A stretch of DNA of 61,836 bases, the filler included. It is 3 parts of 3 records of this genome, joined end to end, with 100 filler letters (N's around TTAATTAATTAA, not from the genome) between each part and the next. Parts side by side here need not be neighbours in the genome. Positions count along the whole stretch, not along the records: positions 8,931 to 35,743 come from SRR31156797_2946; positions 35,844 to 61,836 come from SRR31156797_2950; 1 more part is not named here. One strand, 5' to 3'. Numbering within the stretch: the stretch's first letter is position 1; every line of letters starts with the position of its first letter. A program made the position numbers and the translations under genes. The notes beneath the pieces were generated by a model, which was not told the DNA's origin, did not search any database, and worked only from the letters and a program-made list of their open reading frames with translations. This document shows, one piece after another, positions 28,856-39,230 of the stretch.

Positions 28856-29144
28856 CGGGGTCAGGCCTAGCTTATTAGCTTATTTGCATTTGCACCTTCA
28901 GACGGGGACGTGTTTCAATGGCTCGGGATCAGCTAATTCGTTATAATGGGGTCAGACCCTAGCTGATTGCACTGATTGGCACATTTGGATGGGGGCGGGC
29001 GTTCCCTGTTGGCCGCCTGCCCCCGTCTGTCCATCATGGTAAGCGAATTTTGCATGTCTTTTTTTATCCAGGTCAAGTAAGGTGAGGTACGATGCGTGAA
29101 AGCGTGGAACAACAGATGACCGGAAAGAAAAGAGCGGACAGACC

Positions 29145-29972
29145 ATGACAGAGACGACGAAGTTTGACAGAATGCTGGAACCGGGGGTGGCCCATTACTA
29201 TCTTCCCAAAGAAGTAAAGGAAACAGACCTGGAATTGATAAAGGAGGAGCCCCTGGCCATCAACATCCAGGGAAAGACCCATGCAACGGTCATGCGAACC
29301 CCCGGGGATGAACGGGCCCATGCCGCGGGGTTCTGCCTGGCCGAGGGAATCGTGGACCATCCGGACGATATCCGGGACATCGCCCTGTGTGACGGGGCGG
29401 ACTCCAATGTGGCGGCCGTGATGCTCACCCCCAAGCGGCTTGGCCGGGTGGCGTCCATCCTTGAAGGCAAGAGCTATGTGAGCCAGACCAGCTGCGGCAT
29501 CTGCGGCCGGGAGATCATCGACGACCTTGGCAAAATCCTTACGCCGCCGGGCCAGACGCTCCAAATCACCTTTGAAGGCGCAATGGCCGCCGTGGCGGAA
29601 CTGAGAACCGTTCAACAGCTTCGGAAACGATGCTTCTCCGCCCATGCCATGGCCATCTTCAACCGCGATCTTGAAATGATCTCCGGCGCAGAGGACGCAG
29701 GAAGGCACAACGCCCTGGACAAGGCCATCGGCAAGCTGTTCCTGGACGCAAGGCTTTCCGAGGCGGCCGTGGCCGTGCTGTCCTCCCGGGCCAGCTACGA
29801 GATGATCCAGAAGAGCGCCCGGGCGGGCATGGAGGTGGTGATCAGCATGGCCCGCCCCACGGCCCTGGCCCTGGACCTGGGCACAAGCCTGGGCATGACC
29901 CTGGCATCGGTCCGGGATGACGGTCTCTACGTCTACACGGGCAGGGAGCGCATCATCTGGACAACCCCCTGA
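29145..29972 (+). CDS. fdhD: Formate dehydrogenase accessory sulfurtransferase
   Basis: EEPLAI, VMRTPGD..AAGFCLAEG, TSCGICG, EDAGRHNALDKAIG, SSRASYEMIQK. Confidence 0.93.
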   Translation: MTETTKFDRMLEPGVAHYYLPKEVKETDLELIKEEPLAINIQGKTHATVMRTPGDERAHAAGFCLAEGIVDHPDDIRDIALCDGADSNVAAVMLTPKRLGRVASILEGKSYVSQTSCGICGREIIDDLGKILTPPGQTLQITFEGAMAAVAELRTVQQLRKRCFSAHAMAIFNRDLEMISGAEDAGRHNALDKAIGKLFLDARLSEAAVAVLSSRASYEMIQKSARAGMEVVISMARPTALALDLGTSLGMTLASVRDDGLYVYTGRERIIWTTP

Positions 29973-29984
29973 TCATAGAATAGT

Positions 29985-30014
29985 ACGGGCCGTTCCGTTA
30001 AACAGACGGCCCGT
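29985..30014. terminator. Stem-loop between convergent fdhD and glcD-like genes
   Basis: ACGGGCCGT...ACGGCCCGT inverted repeat. Confidence 0.55.
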
Positions 30015-30028
30015 TCACAGAACTTTTT

Positions 30029-31414
30029 CTAGGGAAATATCTTACCGGGATTGAGGATGTTGTTGGGGTCAAACAGCTGTTTCATGCCCCGCTGGAGTGT
30101 CAGGCTTGTTTCCGACAGCTCCATGGCGATGAACTCCTTCTTGGCCATGCCGATGCCATGCTCCCCGGAAATGGTGCCGCCAAGGTCCAGGACCAGCTGA
30201 AGGAGGGCCCGCACCCCCTGGTTCACCAGGGGAATATTATCGCGATTTTGGGCCGTGACGTTCAGATGGATATTCCCGTCCCCGGCATGGCCAAACGCAA
30301 AAATCTCAAGGTTGTATTTCGCTTCAAACCCGGGCAGCTGGTTCACCAGGTCGGCAATGGCCGACAAAGGCACGGCCACATCCTCGGATATATAGAGGGG
30401 GGCATAATCGTGGATCCTTAAGGACACCTGCCGCCGCACCTCCCAGATCTTCTCCCGCCCGGCGTCATGGGGGGCCGGAATGATGTGAAAAGCGCCCACG
30501 GTGGTGCACAGGCCTGCGATATCCTGGATCTCCTCCTGGATTCTCCCCTTGTTGCCGTCGATCTCGATGATCAGCACGGAGGGCTTGCCCTTTGGCAGAC
30601 TCACCGGCAGCATCTCCCCCACAAGATCAAGACAGCGATGGTCCATGAACTCGATGGCGCTGGGCAAGTGGCCCCGGGCCATCACGGTGGCGACCGCTTC
30701 CATGGCCGTGACCATGTCGTGGAAGACCGCCATGATACAGGTTTCGGCAGGCACCCGGGGAATGAGCTTCAGGGTCAGGGCGGTGATGATCCCAAGGGTG
30801 CCCTCGGATCCCACCAGCAGGTTGGTGAGATCGTAGCCCACCACCCCTTTCCGGGTCTTGACCCCGGTGGTGATGATCTCGCCCGTGGGCAGCACGGCCT
30901 CGAGTCCCAGGATGTAATCCCGGGTGGTGCCGTACTTGACACAGGCGGGCCCGCCCGCATCGGTGGCGGCATTGCCGCCAATGGTGCTTTGATCCATGCC
31001 CGCCGGATCCGGGGGATAGAACAGCCCCTTTTCCGCGGCGGCATTTCGCACATCCAGGCTGATGGCGCCGGCCTCCACCTCCATGATGAAATTGCGGGTG
31101 TCAATGGTCCGGATCCGGTTCATCTCCTCAAGGGAGATCACCACACCGCCGAACCGGGCAAGGCAGGCCCCGGCAAGGCCGCTGCCACCGCCCCGGGGGG
31201 TGAGGGGAAAGTGATGTTCATTGGCAAGGCGAACCAGGGCCGCTACCTCTTGGGTGGTTTTCGGTTTCACCACCATCTCGGGCTCGAACCGCAGCTCGGA
31301 GGCATCCTTGTTGTAATCGGATAGAAGTTCCGGGTCGGTGACCACCATGCCCTGGTCCAGGGCGGCAATGATCTCGGCCCGGAGGCTGTCTGATATGGGT
31401 GTGTAGTTTTTCAT
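30029..31414 (-). CDS. FAD-linked oxidase, GlcD/D-lactate dehydrogenase family
   Basis: PRGGGSGLAG, FYPPDP, STIGGNAAT, KYGTTRDY, GSEGTLG, GHAGDGNIH, GTISGEHGIG, FDPNNILNPGK. Confidence 0.93.
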   Translation of the reverse strand: MKNYTPISDSLRAEIIAALDQGMVVTDPELLSDYNKDASELRFEPEMVVKPKTTQEVAALVRLANEHHFPLTPRGGGSGLAGACLARFGGVVISLEEMNRIRTIDTRNFIMEVEAGAISLDVRNAAAEKGLFYPPDPAGMDQSTIGGNAATDAGGPACVKYGTTRDYILGLEAVLPTGEIITTGVKTRKGVVGYDLTNLLVGSEGTLGIITALTLKLIPRVPAETCIMAVFHDMVTAMEAVATVMARGHLPSAIEFMDHRCLDLVGEMLPVSLPKGKPSVLIIEIDGNKGRIQEEIQDIAGLCTTVGAFHIIPAPHDAGREKIWEVRRQVSLRIHDYAPLYISEDVAVPLSAIADLVNQLPGFEAKYNLEIFAFGHAGDGNIHLNVTAQNRDNIPLVNQGVRALLQLVLDLGGTISGEHGIGMAKKEFIAMELSETSLTLQRGMKQLFDPNNILNPGKIFP

Positions 31415-31418
31415 GGGC

Positions 31419-32084
31419 TTATAACCGTCCGAATCCCGGCACCTCGAGGGCCTTTTCGGTTTTTCTCAGGATAATTTTTGCAACGGAAACCAGGATGAGA
31501 TAGTAGAATCCGATCACCAGGAACACCTCGGTAAACCGGAAGTACTCGGTGGCAATGGTCTTGCCCTCCCCGGTCAGCTCCATGAAGGTGACGATGTAGG
31601 CCAGGGACGAGTACTTGATCAGATAGATGATCTCGTTACCGCATCCGGGCAGGGCCCGGCGCATGGCCTGGGGAATGATCACCCAGAAAATGGTCTGGAG
31701 CCGGGTGAATCCCAGGGCCTGGGCGCCCAGGTACTGGTTTCGCTTGATGGAAAGAAGGGCCCCCCGCACATATTCCGACTGGTAGGCGCCGCTGCATAGG
31801 ATAAAACCTGTCACGGCGGCCCAGTAGGGGGTAAAATAGATGCCCACATTGGGAAGCCCGAAATAGAGTACAAACAGCTGGACCACCAGGGGCGTGCCCC
31901 TGAACAGGGCGGCATACCCGTCCCCGATCCGCTGCACCGCAGGATTGCCAAAGGCCCTGAGGGCGCCGGCGGTGATGCCGATGATCAACCCGCCAAGGGC
32001 GGAGGGAACGATGAGTGTAATGCTCATGAGAAGGCCGCGGTTGAGGCCGGTGAACAGCTCCTGGAAAAACGCCAAATCCTCCAC
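31419..32084 (-). CDS. Polar amino acid ABC transporter permease
   Basis: FRGTPLVVQLF, SGAYQSEYVRG, EAA-like loop. GTG start behind GAGGAG. Confidence 0.9.
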   Translation of the reverse strand: MEDLAFFQELFTGLNRGLLMSITLIVPSALGGLIIGITAGALRAFGNPAVQRIGDGYAALFRGTPLVVQLFVLYFGLPNVGIYFTPYWAAVTGFILCSGAYQSEYVRGALLSIKRNQYLGAQALGFTRLQTIFWVIIPQAMRRALPGCGNEIIYLIKYSSLAYIVTFMELTGEGKTIATEYFRFTEVFLVIGFYYLILVSVAKIILRKTEKALEVPGFGRL

Positions 32085-32086
32085 GA

Positions 32087-32851
32087 TCAGCTCTCCTCTC
32101 CGGAAATTTCGTTGAGCTTGTCGCAAAAACCCTGGCTCAGGGTGCCGCATCCCGCGCCCAGCAGCTCGTCCGGGGTGCCCCGCTCCGCGATCACCCCGTT
32201 CTTCATGAAAAGGATCTCGTCGGCCAGGTTGCGGATCAGGCTGATCTGATGGGTCGCCATGATCATGGTCATGCCTTTCTGGGCGAGACTCCGGATCACG
32301 GCCACCACCTCGCCCACTAACTCGGGGTCCAGGGCGGAGGTGGGTTCGTCCAAAAGGAGCACCTTGGGATCCATGGCAAGGGCCCGGGCAATGGCCACCC
32401 GCTGCTTCTGGCCGCCGGACAGCTCTGCCGGGTAAAGGTGGCCCTTGTCGCCAAGCCCCACCTGCTCAAGCTCGATCATGGCCCGCTTCCGGGCCTCCTG
32501 CTTGTTCTTTTTCTTGACCTTGCAAAGGGCGATGATGATGTTGTCCAGGGCCGTGAGATGGTCAAAGAGGTTGAAGTCCTGGAAAATCATCCCCACCTGC
32601 TGGCGAAAGGCGTAGAGCTCCTTGCTCTTCTGGATATTAACGGCCCTGCCGTTGAACCAGATGGTCCCGGAATCGGGCGTGACAAGGCAGTTGAGGCACT
32701 GCAGAAGGGTGCTCTTGCCACCGCCGGAGGGACCAATGAGGATCTTGATGGCCCCCTTGGGCAGCTCCAGGTCCACCCCCTTGAGGATGTGGGCGCTGCC
32801 AAAGGATTTGGTGATGTTTTCAACTTTTAGGATGGGTTCGGAACGACTCAT
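32087..32851 (-). CDS. Polar amino acid ABC transporter ATP-binding protein
   Basis: GPSGGGKST, LSGGQKQRVAIARALAM, LLDEPTSALDPE. Confidence 0.95.
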   Translation of the reverse strand: MSRSEPILKVENITKSFGSAHILKGVDLELPKGAIKILIGPSGGGKSTLLQCLNCLVTPDSGTIWFNGRAVNIQKSKELYAFRQQVGMIFQDFNLFDHLTALDNIIIALCKVKKKNKQEARKRAMIELEQVGLGDKGHLYPAELSGGQKQRVAIARALAMDPKVLLLDEPTSALDPELVGEVVAVIRSLAQKGMTMIMATHQISLIRNLADEILFMKNGVIAERGTPDELLGAGCGTLSQGFCDKLNEISGEES

Positions 32852-32853
32852 TG

Positions 32854-33531
32854 TTAATTTCCCTGGTGCGAATAGCCCGGTATCCGGACCTTGTTTTCCA
32901 GCGCCCTCAATCCCTTGACGCCCGACCATGTCAGGACGAAGTAGATGAGACCTGCGGTGATGTACAAGGGCAGGTGCTGGTATGTTCTTGATGCGACAAA
33001 CTGGGTCCTGGCCATGATTTCAGGTGCGCCGATCACAAAGGCCAGGGCCGAGTCCTTGAGGATGATGGAGAACTCGTTGGACCATGCCGGAATGGAGATG
33101 CGAAGCACCTGGGGCAGGATGATATGGATAATGGCCTGGACATTACTCATGCCAAGGGCATTGGCCGCCTTGAACTGCCCCATGGGCAGGGAGAGGATCG
33201 CGCCCCTGAAGATGTTTGCCTGGTAGGCGGCCGTGGTCATGCCAAGGACGATGGTCACGGAGGTAATGGCGGTGAAGTTAAGGCCCAGAAAATTGAACAG
33301 GCCAAAGTAAAAAAGGAACAAAAGGACCAGCACCGGGACACCCTGGAAAAACCAGATGTAGAACCCGACCAGCAGGCGTACCCATTTGCGGCCATAGACC
33401 ATGCCGCAGGCCATGACAACCCCCATGACAAGGCCGATGAGCATGGCGCCCACGACAATTACGCCGGTGGCAGCCGATCCCTTGATCAAAAAGGGCAGGG
33501 CATCTTTTATGACAGATAAACTTTCAAGCAT
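32854..33531 (-). CDS. Polar amino acid ABC transporter permease
   Basis: FQGVPVLVLLF, AAYQANIFRGAI, GQFKAANALGM, ILPQ, KDSAL. Confidence 0.92.
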   Translation of the reverse strand: MLESLSVIKDALPFLIKGSAATGVIVVGAMLIGLVMGVVMACGMVYGRKWVRLLVGFYIWFFQGVPVLVLLFLFYFGLFNFLGLNFTAITSVTIVLGMTTAAYQANIFRGAILSLPMGQFKAANALGMSNVQAIIHIILPQVLRISIPAWSNEFSIILKDSALAFVIGAPEIMARTQFVASRTYQHLPLYITAGLIYFVLTWSGVKGLRALENKVRIPGYSHQGN

Positions 33532-33547
33532 TGGTTAGACCAGACAC

Positions 33548-33585
33548 AAAAAAGGCGGGAACACCCCTGGCATTCCCGCCCTTTT
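33548..33585 (-). terminator. Intra-operon stem-loop/terminator after the substrate-binding gene
   Basis: Minus strand GGCGGGAA...TTCCCGCC followed by TTTTTT. Confidence 0.65.
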
Positions 33586-33588
33586 CAT

Positions 33589-34341
33589 CTATTTCAGGTT
33601 ATACTTTACGGCAAGTTCGTCCCATTTGGGAGATGCCATCAATTTTTTCAGGCTGGCGTTGATCTTCTCGAGCAGTTCGGTATCGCCCTTACGAACGGCA
33701 TAACCGAAATCTTCTTCATGCATGCCGAAGTTGCCGAGGATCTTGACATCTTTCTTGGCCACAGCGTCGTGGGCAGGGGCGTCATCCATGGCAGCGGCGG
33801 CGATCCGGCCGTTGAGGATATCCTCCACCGCAAGGGGAGAGGAGCTGTAGTACCCGAGCTTGTAATTCCATCCGCGGGGCTTGGCCTCGGCCTTGAGCCA
33901 CTTGGCCTCACTGGTTCCCTGCTGTACGCCGATCTTCTTCTTACCCTTGAGGAGCTCCTCCATGGTCAGGGTGGAATCTTTCTTGACCACCATCACCTGG
34001 TTGATTTTCCAGTAGGGAATGGTGAAGTTGACCTTTTTGGCCCGGTCAGGGGTGATGCTCATGCCGGAGGCGATCACATCGATCTTTTTGGTCAGAAGGC
34101 TTGTGATAATACCATCCCAGTCAATGGCCTTATGCACCACCTCAAATCCCAGATCCTTTGCGATCCAATCCATGGCCTCGACATCAAAGCCTGCGGGATT
34201 TCCGGTCTTATCGATGTATGCAAAGGGAGGAAAGTTTGCATCGATTCCGTTGACGATCTTCTTGCCTGCGAACGCGGGGGTCGTACCCGCCACAATCAAA
34301 GCAACAGCAGCCACGAGCCAAATCAAATTTCTCTTCAACAT
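33589..34341 (-). CDS. Polar amino acid ABC transporter substrate-binding protein (family 3)
   Basis: Signal peptide ending AFA, FPPF, GFDVE, DVIASGMSITPDR..VNFT.PY, GVQQGT. Confidence 0.93.
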   Translation of the reverse strand: MLKRNLIWLVAAVALIVAGTTPAFAGKKIVNGIDANFPPFAYIDKTGNPAGFDVEAMDWIAKDLGFEVVHKAIDWDGIITSLLTKKIDVIASGMSITPDRAKKVNFTIPYWKINQVMVVKKDSTLTMEELLKGKKKIGVQQGTSEAKWLKAEAKPRGWNYKLGYYSSSPLAVEDILNGRIAAAAMDDAPAHDAVAKKDVKILGNFGMHEEDFGYAVRKGDTELLEKINASLKKLMASPKWDELAVKYNLK

Positions 34342-34771
34342 TGTCCATTTCCTTTCATTGTTTTTTTGGGTTGATCTATCCTTCTCCATAAAACAACACA
34401 ATAGAAACTGTTTTCCACCGAATGTCAAGAATTATCCAGTTTTTCAACCACCTTTATCAAAAAAAGGCGATCGGATCGCGCCCTGGAAACCGAGAAATCC
34501 CTCCCCCAAAATTCCCCTGCCCCGGCCCTGTTTTTCATCTTTTTTCATGAACAACATGGCCCGGGAAATCCGCTTTTTTTCGTGAAAACCGAATTTTATT
34601 TCTCCTTTTTTCCGAAAAGGGTGCCGGCACAAATAAGATTATGATCAAAAATAGCGTTCCCACAAGATCACAGATCCATCATTGTTGTTGCATTTTTCCC
34701 TCCATTCCCCTAAGTAGGGCCAGCCGGTAATGAAGAAAAATCAAGAGAGGAGTAAAGGGAGAAAAAACGTC

Positions 34772-35689
34772 ATGTGTTTGAACCAGAAAACCCGGGGACT
34801 CATCCTCATCGTTCTGTCGGCCGCAAGCTTCGGCCTGGTCCCCCTGTGCGCCAAGATCGCCTATGCCAACGGCCTCAATCCCTACTCCTTCATCCTGTTT
34901 CGGTCGGTCTTCGCCGCCGGCGCCCTCTTTACACTTTTAAAGCGAAAGAAGGCCTGCCTTACGATCTCCCCCGGCAACCTTTCCACCCTGTTCAAGGCGA
35001 GCTTTTTCGGGTACTGCATGATGATGATCACCCTATACGTCTCCTACAACTACATGGCATCCGGGGTGGCCACCACCATCCATTTTATCTATCCCGTGGC
35101 CACCATGACAGGGGCGGTACTCTTCTTTGGCGAACAGACAAACGCCCGGAAGATCGGGGCGCTCCTGGTCTCGCTCCTGGGGATCTACTTCCTTGTGGGG
35201 GCGGGGACCGGTGCCGGGTTCAGCCTGACAGGGACAAGCCTTGCCCTTGTCTCCGGCCTGTTCTACGCCTACTACATCCTGACGGTCTCCTACTCGGAGA
35301 TCAAAACGTTGAACTCTTTTGTCCTGGTGTTTTATGTCTCGTTGTTCAATGCCGTGACCCTTTTCATCATCTGCCTGTTCACGGGCAAGCTGAGTCTGGA
35401 TTTCAACGCAACCGCCCTGTTCAGTGTGCTGATCATCACCCTTGCGGTGAACATCGTGGGCATGGTGGCCCTCCAGGAAGGGCTCAAGGTGATAAACCCC
35501 TCCACCGCCACCATTCTGAGCACCTTCGAGCCCCTGACCAGCCTTGTGATCGGGGTGGCGCTCCTCAACGAGACGATCTCGTGGCACCATGGGGCCGGCA
35601 GCGTGCTGATCGTGATCTCGGTGGTATGGGTGGCGTTGTCGGAAAAGCGGCTCTCCAGAAGAGTGGAGAGCCTGGAACGGGAAAGTTAG
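34772..35689 (+). CDS. EamA/DMT family transporter
   Basis: About ten hydrophobic segments in two EamA repeats (FIYP..., FEPL..., LNE). Alternative start 34730. Confidence 0.9.
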   Translation: MCLNQKTRGLILIVLSAASFGLVPLCAKIAYANGLNPYSFILFRSVFAAGALFTLLKRKKACLTISPGNLSTLFKASFFGYCMMMITLYVSYNYMASGVATTIHFIYPVATMTGAVLFFGEQTNARKIGALLVSLLGIYFLVGAGTGAGFSLTGTSLALVSGLFYAYYILTVSYSEIKTLNSFVLVFYVSLFNAVTLFIICLFTGKLSLDFNATALFSVLIITLAVNIVGMVALQEGLKVINPSTATILSTFEPLTSLVIGVALLNETISWHHGAGSVLIVISVVWVALSEKRLSRRVESLERES

Positions 35690-35743
35690 GCCTTGATGGT
35701 TCCGGCCCGGACCCCCTTGAGATAGTTCATGCAGAAATTGTCG
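35686..35743 (-). CDS. 3' end of a convergent gene truncated by the contig edge
   Basis: Minus-strand frame DNFCMNYLKGVRAGTIKA-stop with typical GC3-rich codons. Confidence 0.4.
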
Positions 35744-35843
35744 NNNNNNNNNNNNNNNNNNNNNNNNNNNNNNNNNNNNNNNNNNNNTTAATTAATTAAN
35801 NNNNNNNNNNNNNNNNNNNNNNNNNNNNNNNNNNNNNNNNNNN
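35744..35843. other. Artificial contig linker (N run with TTAATTAATTAA)
   Basis: Same 100-nt spacer as 8831-8930. GC drops sharply after it. Confidence 0.98.
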
Positions 35844-35844
35844 A

Positions 35845-38800
35845 CAAATTTACTGGTACACACTCGAAGGTCGCGATAAAAATGGAGACCCGGCTGGAGG
35901 TTGGGATCCTCATGAACTAAGAACACTACAGGATTTTCATGTACGATATTCATTAACTGCTGCTGAAGGTGTGGCTGAGGTTGCTTCTATCGGAGGTTTT
36001 GTTAAAGAGTATCAGGTAGATATTAATCCGAATGCCATGAAAGCACATGGGGTTAATGTAAGCCAGATTATGGGTGCGGTAAAAAATAGTAACCTCGATA
36101 TTGGTGCACGTACTATTGAATTTAATCGTGCCGAATATCTTGTAAGGGCTTTGGGTTATATTCAAAATCTCGAAGACCTTGAAAATAGCGTAGTAGCTGT
36201 AAAAGATAATGTACCAATTACTTTGGCTGATGTGGCGAAAGTGAACTACGGGCCAGGCACTCGTCGTGGTGGTTTGGACAAAGGCGGCGCAGAAGCTGTA
36301 GGTGGAGTGGTGGTAGCTCGATATGGTGCCAATCCAATGCAGACCATTGAAAATGTGAAGGAGAAAATTGCTGAGATTGCACCGGGATTACCTTCAAAAA
36401 CACTGGAAGATGGCACTGAATCAAAAGTAACCATCGTACCATTTTATGACCGTACCGGATTAATCAAAGAAACGCTGGGAACACTCGAAGAAGCCATCTC
36501 ATTGCAGCTGCTTATCAGTATTTTGGTAATTATTGTCCTTGTATTGAACCTGAAAGCTTCATTTCTAATTTCCAGTTTATTACCTATTGGTGTGTTGATG
36601 ACTTTCATTACCATGCGTCAATTTGGTGTGGATGCCAATATTGTAGCACTTTCAGGTATTGCTATCTCCATTGGTGTGATGATTGATGTGGGTGTGGTAT
36701 TTACCGAAAACATTATCAGGCACATTGAGAATGCGAAAAAAGCAGGAGCTGAGGCCAGGAAGTTGATCGTTGTTATTTATGAAGGTGCTTCAGAAGTAGC
36801 AGGAGCAGTTGTTACGGCTATTTTAACTACAATTGTAAGTTTCTTACCTGTGTTTGCAATGGAAGCCGCTGAAGGGAAGTTGTTTAAACCGTTGGCTTTT
36901 ACCAAAACATTTATAATGTTATCGGCACTGGTAATCGGACTAATTATTATTCCGGCGCTGGCTCATTTGGTTTTTTCTCTGAAATTTGATAGAAAACAAT
37001 ATAAAAAACTGTTAAATGCTATTGCCGCGGTTGCAGGTATCGTATTGGCTGTATTTTCAGGATATTATTTAACCTTGGCTATTACAGCTTTTGGTATAAA
37101 TAATTTTTTAACTGATCGGTGGCCGAAAAATCGCAGAAAATGGGTGAACTACATCAATATTGCCATTACTGCTGCTATTGTCATATTTTTCCTTGCTAAG
37201 GTGTGGATGCCATTAGGTGCCCAAAACTCACTATTTGCCAATTTTATATTTGTGATAACTATTGTGGCTATTATTTTAGGAATACTGTCATTAGTAGTGT
37301 ATTTCTATCCTCAAATTTTGAAATGGACCTTAAGTCACAAATGGGCATTTTTGATCATACCTATATTTATTGTATTGTTTGGAATTACAGCATGGCAGGG
37401 CTTTGATCGCATATTTGGGTTTATGCCAAAGTTTATTAAAGATACAAAAGCATACCAGTCAATGAATGAAGCTGTGCCCGGACTTGGAAAGGAGTTTATG
37501 CCTTCGCTTGACGAAGGGTCATTCCTTTTAATGCCTACAACCATGCCGCATTCTGGTATTCAGGAAAACCTTGAAGTGATTCGAATGCTCGATAAACAGG
37601 TAAATTCAATTCCTGAAGTGGAAATTGTAGTGGGGAAATGGGGACGTGTGAATAGCGCACTTGATCCGGCGCCGGTTTCTATGTTCGAAAATGTGATTAA
37701 TTACAAACCCGAGTATATTTTGGATGAAGATGGTCATCGTATGCGATTTAAAACCAACGATGATGGTGCTTTTATGCTGAAAGATGGTTCTACTTACAAC
37801 CCAAAAGAGGAAGCATTCCGGCTTATTCCCAAAGAGCAACTTATTCAGGATAATAATGGTGATTATTTCAGGCAATGGAGAGATCAAATTCAGTCAGCTG
37901 ACGATATCTGGAATGAGATTGTTGATCGGGCAAAGATTCCCGGGTTAACATCTGCTCCAAAGCTACAGCCTATTTCAACACGATTGGTAATGCTGCAAAC
38001 AGGTATGCGTGCACCAATGGGCATCAAAGTATTTGGTCCCGATTTGGAAACCATTGAATCTGTCGGGTTACAGTTAGAAGATCATCTGAAAGAGGTGGAA
38101 GGCGTGTCGCGCTCTTCTGTTTTTGCGGATCGGGTGGTGGGGAAACCTTACCTGCAAATTGATATCGACCGAAAGGCAGCAGCGCGTTATGGGCTATCTA
38201 TAAAAAAAATACAACAAGTACTTTCAGGAGCAGTAGGTGGTATGAAACTCACTACTACTGTCGAAGGTCGTGAGCGTTTTCCGGTGCGTATGCGTTACGC
38301 TCGTGAATTTCGAGATAATCCCGATGGCATTAAAGAGATATTGATTCCAACCGGATCAGGTTCACAAGTTCCTTTGAATGAGGTTGCTGAAATAACTTAT
38401 ACGCGTGGCCCGCAAATGATCAAAAGTGAGAATACATTTCTGGTTTCATACGTAATTTTCGATAAGGAGGACGGATATGCTGAAGTAGATGTGGTAGAGA
38501 GTGCACAAAAGCACTTAAATGAACTGATTGAAAAAGGTGAATTCAAATTGCCCGGTGGAGTGAGCTACGTGTTTACCGGAAATTATGAAAATCAAATACG
38601 GGCTACCAAACGCTTGTCGATAGTAATTCCTATTTCACTCATTGTTATATTCCTGATTCTGTATTTTCAGTTTCGATCTGTTACCTCAACTACACTAATC
38701 TTCTCAGGCATATTGGTGGCTTTTTCTGGTGGATTTATCATGTTATGGCTGTATGGCCAACCCTGGTTTTTGGATGGACAACTTGCCGGTATCAATTTGC

Positions 38801-39219
38801 GTGATCTGTTTCAAATTAAAACCATTAATTTGAGTGTGGCGGTCTGGGTTGGTTTTATTGCCCTGTTTGGTATTGCCACAGATGATGGGGTGCTTATTAG
38901 TACGTACATCAAACAATTGATGGAAAGAAATAAACCTAAAACAGTGAAAGAGCTACGTGAGGTTATTCTCGAAGCAGGTTCAAAACGTGTACGTCCGGCA
39001 ATGATGACTACTGCCACTACACTGATTGCGCTACTTCCTGTGTTAACTTCCACAGGTAAAGGTTCCGACATTATGGTACCTATGTCGATTCCATTGTTCG
39101 GTGGAATGCTCATTGAGGTGCTTACCATTTTTGTGGTACCCGTGCTATACAGTTTTTGGCAGGAACGCCGAATATTAAAAGAAGAAAAAAGGAACCGTAT
39201 AGAAAACGCAACATCATAA
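35845..39219 (+). CDS. cusA: CusA/CzcA heavy-metal RND efflux permease (5' truncated)
   Basis: Frame is open from the contig edge (QIYWYTLEG...). ALSGIAISIGVMIDVG, EGKLFKPLAFTKT, EFMPSLDEGS, GIATDDG, RVRPAMMT; Cu/Ag-type RND. Confidence 0.92.
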   Translation, partial: QIYWYTLEGRDKNGDPAGGWDPHELRTLQDFHVRYSLTAAEGVAEVASIGGFVKEYQVDINPNAMKAHGVNVSQIMGAVKNSNLDIGARTIEFNRAEYLVRALGYIQNLEDLENSVVAVKDNVPITLADVAKVNYGPGTRRGGLDKGGAEAVGGVVVARYGANPMQTIENVKEKIAEIAPGLPSKTLEDGTESKVTIVPFYDRTGLIKETLGTLEEAISLQLLISILVIIVLVLNLKASFLISSLLPIGVLMTFITMRQFGVDANIVALSGIAISIGVMIDVGVVFTENIIRHIENAKKAGAEARKLIVVIYEGASEVAGAVVTAILTTIVSFLPVFAMEAAEGKLFKPLAFTKTFIMLSALVIGLIIIPALAHLVFSLKFDRKQYKKLLNAIAAVAGIVLAVFSGYYLTLAITAFGINNFLTDRWPKNRRKWVNYINIAITAAIVIFFLAKVWMPLGAQNSLFANFIFVITIVAIILGILSLVVYFYPQILKWTLSHKWAFLIIPIFIVLFGITAWQGFDRIFGFMPKFIKDTKAYQSMNEAVPGLGKEFMPSLDEGSFLLMPTTMPHSGIQENLEVIRMLDKQVNSIPEVEIVVGKWGRVNSALDPAPVSMFENVINYKPEYILDEDGHRMRFKTNDDGAFMLKDGSTYNPKEEAFRLIPKEQLIQDNNGDYFRQWRDQIQSADDIWNEIVDRAKIPGLTSAPKLQPISTRLVMLQTGMRAPMGIKVFGPDLETIESVGLQLEDHLKEVEGVSRSSVFADRVVGKPYLQIDIDRKAAARYGLSIKKIQQVLSGAVGGMKLTTTVEGRERFPVRMRYAREFRDNPDGIKEILIPTGSGSQVPLNEVAEITYTRGPQMIKSENTFLVSYVIFDKEDGYAEVDVVESAQKHLNELIEKGEFKLPGGVSYVFTGNYENQIRATKRLSIVIPISLIVIFLILYFQFRSVTSTTLIFSGILVAFSGGFIMLWLYGQPWFLDGQLAGINLRDLFQIKTINLSVAVWVGFIALFGIATDDGVLISTYIKQLMERNKPKTVKELREVILEAGSKRVRPAMMTTATTLIALLPVLTSTGKGSDIMVPMSIPLFGGMLIEVLTIFVVPVLYSFWQERRILKEEKRNRIENATS

Positions 39220-39230
39220 GGCAAATTATT

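Noticed and set aside
28970-29060. Possible sigma54 promoter upstream of fdhD (TGGCAC..., TGGTAA...TTGCA)
   Set aside because: GG-to-GC spacing is not the required 10 nt.
8937-35590. Many long antisense or alternate-frame ORFs (e.g. 8937-10304 +, 12696-14057 +, 21996-23468 -, 24106-25713 -, 25704-27083 -, 27551-28822 -)
   Set aside because: Shadow ORFs caused by high GC3 codon bias opposite well-supported genes; they carry no motifs.
34774-35799. 341-aa ORF reading into the N linker
   Set aside because: Alternate frame of the EamA gene that ends in the artificial spacer.
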